The notes beneath the pieces are model-generated. The model saw only the letters and a list, made by a program, of their open reading frames with translations, did no database searches and was not told where the DNA came from. From the human T2T-CHM13v2.0 reference genome, Homo sapiens, in assembly GCF_009914755.1 (NCBI RefSeq), contig NC_060928.1: DNA of 64,000 nt, one strand, 5' to 3'. Positions 57,231 through 64,000 of this stretch are shown here, one piece after another (position 1 is the stretch's first letter; every line of letters starts with the position of its first letter). A program made the position numbers and the translations under genes.

Positions 57231-57818
57231 GTAACTAATGCCAACATTGTGAATTATTGTAGAATATATCTAGGTATGAGCAAAACAAAATGAACAAAAT
57301 AAAAAAGGTTGATTCTTTTCTCACTAATAAAATAATCATTGACATGTGTGCAGTCTTTGATATGGCTTATTGATAAGAAGCTATTATGTATATAATATTC
57401 TCCTTAAGAAAATTTTCTTGTCTAGATTTTATAGCAAAAGGAAAAACATTTTCTACTTTGTGATCCTAACACTCAAGATGCATGTTATTTTCAAGGTAGC
57501 CCTAAAAGAATCAGTAAAGATCAATTCAGAGAATTTTTTTTCCTCGACTACCTGAGTAACTTTTTGAGCTTCTAGGATTTCCAAATGATTTAAATAATGA
57601 AGACTTAATCTCTAAGTTCTTTATGCACTTTAAAAATCACATTTTTTATAGTACAGTTGCTACACCTGTGCATAATCAGGTTTTTCAGTTTCCTTTTTAG
57701 AAGTTCTCCCTACCTTTCCTTAAATATGCAAGTTCACCAGGTGTTTGGAATGTCGTAGCAGAGTTATGAAATCTTAATGGTGCTTTTCCCCTCTGTCCTT
57801 TTGAACTAACTTCATCTG

Positions 57819-57853
57819 TGCTATAACAGACTTGTGGGTAGTCTGTTATAGCA
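57819..57853. repeat. Perfect 14-bp stem hairpin with a 7-nt loop
   Basis: TGCTATAACAGACT-tgtgggt-AGTCTGTTATAGCA. Confidence 0.92.
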
Positions 57854-58110
57854 TTTGTCAGGTTCACAGTAAACTAAAATGTCATTCATTTACTTCAAAC
57901 ATCTCTATATTTGAGCAAAAAGAAATGAAAAGACATAATTGTCCCTCAGCCACATGGTTTTAATTTTCATCTTAAAAAAAAAAGGAACTGTAGTCTGTTT
58001 GCTGTATTTTTTTCCCCCCATCATTGGGTCTCTCTGATTTTCCTTTTTATGTTCAGTAGGGACTTTTTTTTAAAGCATTTTAACAAGCAACAGATTTAAA
58101 ACGTATTTAA

Positions 58111-58165
58111 TTTTTTTAATTATACTTCAAGTTCTAGGGTACATGTGCACAATGTGCAGAAAAAG
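58111..58165 (-). mobile_element. About 50-bp L1PA 3'-terminal insertion
   Basis: 'ttttaattatacttcaagttctagggtacatgtgcacaatgtgcag', with TSD AAAC(G/A)TATTTAA at 58099-58110 and 58166-58177. Confidence 0.88.
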
Positions 58166-58899
58166 AAACATATTTAAAAATATATCAAGTTCATAAACCA
58201 AAATTGGAGTGAACTTTTTAAAAGTTGTCCTAAAAAGGAAAGTAACATTATCTATAAGGAATAGCCTTTTTTTGTTCAGATACCAATTTCCCTGTATCCC
58301 TTAGTCGACCAGCTAGAAATTTCCATTAAAGAAGATGAATGTTACAGATAAGAAAGAACATGATCTACAGATTTGTGCCAGTAATGGGAAAGAGAGATGA
58401 GATAAAAGGTGATTTAATGATACCTGAGCGTTAATCTGTGTAAATTATAAAAATATCTATGGTGAAGATACAATTAATAGAGAACTGAAGGAGAACATGA
58501 TACCAGTAGTTACATTCTTTGTCACTGTTTAGTAGGAGTTTTGAATATTTACTCATTCCTTCCTTTATAAATCTCTGTTTAAAATATGCATCATCACATA
58601 AAAATATTTGTAAAGAAGTAAGGGGATCTGGGGAAGGTAGGCAATGGTAGTTTACAGAAGGAAACCATGAAGAATAGATAAGTGTAGTGATACAGGAAGG
58701 TTTTGAAAAATCTTTCAGAGGGATTATGAGAAGCAAGGAGTCAAAATATTTATTCCAAAAAGATTTTCTGAGCATCTGACAAGGTATGGTGTATATCGAG
58801 TATATGAAGGGATCCAAGTAAAAGTCTCAATCCTAACTATCAAGGAGCTTCTAACCCATTTGAGGTATAAGATAACAATAGCTTCAGAAAGCCCTAATG

Positions 58900-59222
58900 A
58901 TATGGGTAAATCTCCCCAATAAAATATTGAATGAGAGAAGCCAGATACAAAAAAATGACTTAGATAGCAGTGGTTTAATTAACATAAAAGCTTAAAATAG
59001 GCAAAACCAATCTTTCTTTTAGAAAGTTGGAAGAGTGGTTGCCCTTGGTGGAGGTTGTTATAGAAGATGGCACAAGAGGGGCCCTGGGGTATTAGCTGTA
59101 TTCTGTTTCTTGATCTGGGTATTGGGTTCAGAGTTATGTGCATTTTGAGAGAATTAATCAAGGTATACATTTATTATGTGCTCGGAGATTTTTGTTCTGT
59201 ATATTACATTTTTAAAAATGTA
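58900..59222 (+). mobile_element. L1ME 3' end
   Basis: 'ttgaatgagagaagccagatacaaaa' and 'ctgtttcttgatctgggt'. Confidence 0.8.
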
Positions 59223-59429
59223 TTGAGAAGAACCAAAATTAGTTTGGGATTAAGCATCTCATTTAAAGGAAATTTTTAAAAGAACATTTTGAGCAAATTG
59301 TTAAAGTGCTAAATGGTGAGGAAAGGCTGAAAGTTATTTTTGGTTGAAAAAGTAGGGAATTATTTCCTTAGAGGCAGGATATATGCAAGAAACTTGAGTA
59401 ATAAAAACTATAATAATTATAATAATGAC

Positions 59430-59600
59430 AGTAACAAAAATGACTATTATCATTTTTACTATTAGTTGGACACATCTAAGCAGTTTACCTCAATGAATTT
59501 AACCCTTACAATTATACTCTGCTCTAGGTATTATATTTATCTACATTTTAAAAATGCAAAAATTGAGATCCAGAGTGAAGTAACTTACCTTGGTAAAATA
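59430..59600 (-). mobile_element. MIR
   Basis: 'tttaacccttacaatt...aggtattatatttatctacattttaaaaatgcaaaaattgag...gaagtaacttacc'. Confidence 0.65.
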
Positions 59601-59647
59601 GGGTGGAATAAATAACCATATATATTTAACAGAATAAACATAGATCC

Positions 59648-60356
59648 TGTGAAACTATACAAGGTAGGATAAAAACCTGGAATAGTCAGGAGGCTATGTT
59701 CATACTTAAGTAAGCATATCTTGAGATATGCTCTGATATATCTCAGCTATATCACGAGACACTGAATAACTGTGTGGAAAACGGCTTCAAATTGTGCCTC
59801 CGGAGGCTGGAGGCTGGCTTTCCCATCATCCATTGGGTGAGATTTGTCCTGGTGAGCTAGAAAGTCTTCAGCTAGTAAAGACAAAGGAAAATGCTTAATG
59901 TGGGAAGCTTTGAGGGTGTGAGGGGCTGTGCACAGCATCCTGTTAACTCAAGTGGACTAACTATTAGGGTGGACTTTCAAGAGTGTCTGCTACGGTACCT
60001 CCCAACAATCCAGAGAGATCTCAGCACACGTATTCTGTCCAATAGCATCATCCTTTCCTGGCTTGAAAAGCCCAGGAGATTGAAAGTAACTTCAGCCTGA
60101 CCTGTTTCACCCAAATACTACTTAGGTCCTGCTCCTCCTTCCAAAATGCATCCCCCCAAATCACTCAAGTTTCAACCATTTCTTATCCTTATGAAAAACA
60201 ATGAAATACAAAACAAAACAAAGCTTTGTAAACTCTCCTTTATGAGATGTTATTTGAAACTCTGTTCTCAGTATTTCTTTCCCCTGCCAGGCAACAATAT
60301 GAATAAATTCAGCTTGTTTATTTGACACAGATTTTCCAGGTGATATTTGTGGCAGA
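59648..60356 (+). mobile_element. Possible old ERV LTR (family unassigned)
   Basis: GC-richer ~700-bp block starting TGTGAAAC, with an LTR-like 3' part 'aataaattcagcttg...ccaggtgatatttgtggca'. Confidence 0.4.
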
Positions 60357-60949
60357 GTGAATGAGCCCAGGCCTCCCTTTCTCTCTCTCTGAAATATATT
60401 CCATTCTTTAAATGTGCTTTTTTCTTTTTCATTTGACCAACTGTAATTGTTGCAATTACTGTCTAACTGTTATTGCCACTAACAATTCTCCTATAATCTC
60501 CTTATTCTTGTGTACTTACCAGTTGGATTCCTAATATTTTATTATTCCTGTGTACAAATTCTTCATTTTAAATAATGTTACCTTTTTATAATGCATTTGG
60601 CCCAAGTATACTTAGTTTATTGTTTGCTTTTTAATTTTTTCTTTACTATTTGATATAGAAAATTATTACTTTAATTTTGTTTTAGCTATCAATATGTCCT
60701 TTTGTTGTTTTGTTATGTCTAAATTTTTTTCTAAAATTTAGAAAGTTCTCTTTTCTTTTCTTGGCATATATGTAGTTTATTGTAGATTTTCACAATTTTG
60801 TCAGTTTTTCATCAAACTTTTTACTATCTTTGATTTATAAAAATTGTATGGAATACTTAAATGCATTCTATCTTAAAAAATAGGTAGGTATAGTCAGTTA
60901 AATGTTCAATTCTCCAGTACAACTATCCTTAATGTTTCTCAAATATTAC

Positions 60950-61940
60950 TATTATCATAGGCAATCACAAAATTTTGATGTTTATTGTTTTCTAACATGT
61001 TATGAAATAATAGACATACAGAGTTCTGCTTTTGGTTTATTTACCATAAATAAGCTTATATCTTACATATTGTTCTGTCATTAGTTTTCTTACTTACAAA
61101 AATACTTTGAAACTTATTCTGTGTCAATATACAGAAATCTACCTTGTTTTTTGACTTTCTGCAATTGTACAGATGCACTATAATTTATTTAACCCCATAC
61201 TGATGATGGAAACCTAGTTTCTTATAATTATTTTTACATTTATCAATAATTAAATTTTTATGTATATTTCCGTAGAACATAAATTTTGTAGGGTAGATGT
61301 TTAGAAATGGAATTGCTAGGTCAACATATTTGAACATGTGTAATTAAGTTTACTACATACTGCTAAATTGTTCACTAAAAGGGTGGCTGGTATTATAAAA
61401 TGTTATAACAATTTATAATATTAGCAATGCAGAAGCATGTTTACTTCTTATGATTAATTTGTTAATATCTGGGTGAGAAAAAATTGGCATCTCAATGTTG
61501 CTTTATTTAAATTTCCCTGAATAATTATGTTAGGTTATACTTTAGCAAATGTAGTGGCTTGTGTCATTTTTTACTCTGAGAGTAAGCTGTTTATCTTTTT
61601 AAAAAATGTTAATTGATGTGTAGAAGACTTTTCAACATTGAATATCATAGCACATATAATAGAGAATTATTTATGTAGCCACATGAATTATCTTTTCTGA
61701 AATTTTTGCATTTTGTATTTACGTAGAAAGCCTTCATGCAAAACTCTCTTTCTAAATTATATTTCTCTGATCAAATATGTTTGGATATGTCCTTTAATAT
61801 CTATATATATTTATGTATATTAAACCATACAGATAATTCTAAATGAACTGAAGGTAATTGTGAATCCATCTGGAATATTCTAAACAGTTTGAATAACTAA
61901 TAGGACATTAATTGAATAACTTACAGTTTTCCTACTGGTT
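60950..61940 (-). mobile_element. Degenerate L1ME-type fragment
   Basis: 'tagaaatggaattgctaggtcaa' and 'ggcatctcaatgttgctttatttaaatttccctga'. Confidence 0.7.
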
Positions 61941-61952
61941 TGCAATTATACT

Positions 61953-62230
<278 letters not shown>

Positions 62231-62364
62231 TGCAGTTCTACTATTAACATTAAGTAAAATATCAGACATAGAGAAGTTGGTTTATAGGACTTTATTCTAG
62301 GTTCCTTTGTTTATTACAATTATTTGCACTTTAAATTCCTATATATAATTTCACAAAAATCTCT

Positions 62365-63810
62365 ATTTAATTTTTAAATTTAATTATGAGTACAAAATAG
62401 TTGTATATACTTATTGGGGATATGCATGATGCTGGCATACATTGTGTAATGATCAAATCAGGGTAACTGGAGTATCCATCACCTCCAGCTTTTATCATTT
62501 CTTTGTTTTAGGACTATTCCAATTCTACTCTTTTAGTTATTTTAAAATATACAATAAATTATTGTTAATTACAGTTACCCTATTGTGCTACTGAATACTT
62601 GATATTCATTCTATCTAACTCTATTTTGCACCCATTAGTACAAGAGTACCCATTGTACTCCTTATCCCTCACCCTTCCCTATTACACTTCCCAGACTCTG
62701 GTAACCATCATTCTACTCTCTGTCTCCAAGAACTCATTTTTTTTTATATAACTCCCACATATAAGGGAGAATACAAAATATTTGTCTTTCTGTCTCTGGG
62801 TTATTTTACTTAAAATAATATCCTTCAGTTTCATCCATGGTGTTGCAAAAGACAAGGTTTCATTTTTTATGGCTGAATAATATTCCATTGTATGTATGTA
62901 CCACATTTTCTTTATCTATTGATGAACACTTAGGTTGCTTTCATATCTTGGCTATTGTGAATAGTGCTGCAATAAACATAAGAGTGCAGATATCTCTTTG
63001 ACATTCTGTTTCCTTTCTTTTGGATATATACCCAGTGATGGGATTAATGGATAATATGTTAGTTCTATTTTAAGTTTTTTGGGGAATATCTATACTGTTC
63101 TCCATGGTGGTTGTACTAATTTACATTTCTACCAACAATGTAGGAGTCTGTCTCCATATCCTTGCTAGCATTCATTATTATCTTTTTGACAAAAGCCATT
63201 TTAGTTGGAATGAGATATCTCTTTGTCGTTTTGATTTGTTCCTATGATGATTAGTGATGTTGAGAATTTTTTTAAATACCTGTTGGCTATTTGTATATCT
63301 TCTTTTGATAAATGTCTATTTAGATCTTTTATTCGTTTTTAAATTGAATTATTTGGTTTTTTTCCTATTTAGTTGTTTGTGTGCTTTATATATTCTAGTT
63401 ATTAATCCCTTGTCAGATAAGTAATTTGCAAATATTTTCTCCCATTCTGGAGGTTGTCGCCTCACTTTATTAATTGCTTCCTTTGCTGTACAGAAGCATT
63501 TCCACATAATGTGATCCCATTTGTCCATTTTTGCTTTGGCTGCTTGTGCTTTTGGGGTCTTACTCAGGAAATATTTGCCCAGATCAAAGTCCTGGATTGT
63601 TTCCCCAAAATTTTCTACTGGTAATTTTATAGTTTCCAGTCTTAAATTTTTAATCAATTTTGATTTGATTTTCATACACAGGGAGAGATAGGAATCTAGT
63701 TTCATTCTTCTGCATATGGGTATCCAGTTTTCCCAGCATCATTTACTGAAGACATTGTTCTTTTCCCAGTGTATGTTCTTGGCAGCTTTGTTGAAAATGA
63801 GCTGATTATA
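62365..63810 (-). mobile_element. L1MA-type 3' region (ORF2 C-terminus and 3'UTR)
   Basis: ORFs 63349-63705 ([10 protein letters not shown]...WEKIFANY) and 62682-62906 (MWYIHTMEYYSAIK) are ORF2-like, and the L1MA 3' end motif is present. Confidence 0.92.
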
Positions 63811-63813
63811 AAT

Positions 63814-64000
63814 CAATCTTGTCCAACCTGTGGCCTGAGAGCTACATGTGGCCCAGGACAGCTTTGAATGCAGCCCAACACAAATTCATAAACTTTCTTA
63901 AAACATTATGAGATTTTTTTTTTTTTTTTAGCTAATCAGCTATCATTAATGTTAGTGTATTTTATGTGTGCAGCCCAAGGCAATTCTTCTTCTTCCAATG
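63814..64000 (-). mobile_element. MER30 (hAT-Charlie MITE), cut by the window end
   Basis: 'cttgtccaacc...gctttgaatgcagcccaacacaaattcataaactttcttaaaacattatgag'. Confidence 0.88.

Overview
This is AT-rich primate (most likely human) non-coding DNA, either intronic or intergenic. It is filled with interspersed repeats recognised from remembered consensus motifs and target-site duplications (TSDs): 12 Alu elements, L1 copies from L1PA to L1ME age, many L2/MIR relics, ERV1 and MaLR solo LTRs, and hAT-Charlie MITEs. I cannot support any host protein-coding gene. The only ORFs with recognisable protein are decayed L1 ORF2 pieces; the rest are chance or Alu-derived. Non-repeat signals worth testing: (1) a + strand core promoter and first-exon candidate at about 3376-3590 with a perfect CAG|GTAAGT donor, plus candidate downstream exons at 5178 and 57181; (2) a hairpin with a 14-bp perfect stem in apparently unique sequence at 57802-57866; (3) a recurring set of short fold-back or locally templated insertion scars (5822, 12834, 13033, 28084, 48920, 59703, 61391), the most elaborate being a 168-bp mosaic at 28084-28251. 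I found no evidence for a new multi-gene system. Repeat subfamily names were assigned by eye and need RepeatMasker/Dfam confirmation, and boundaries of old repeats are approximate.
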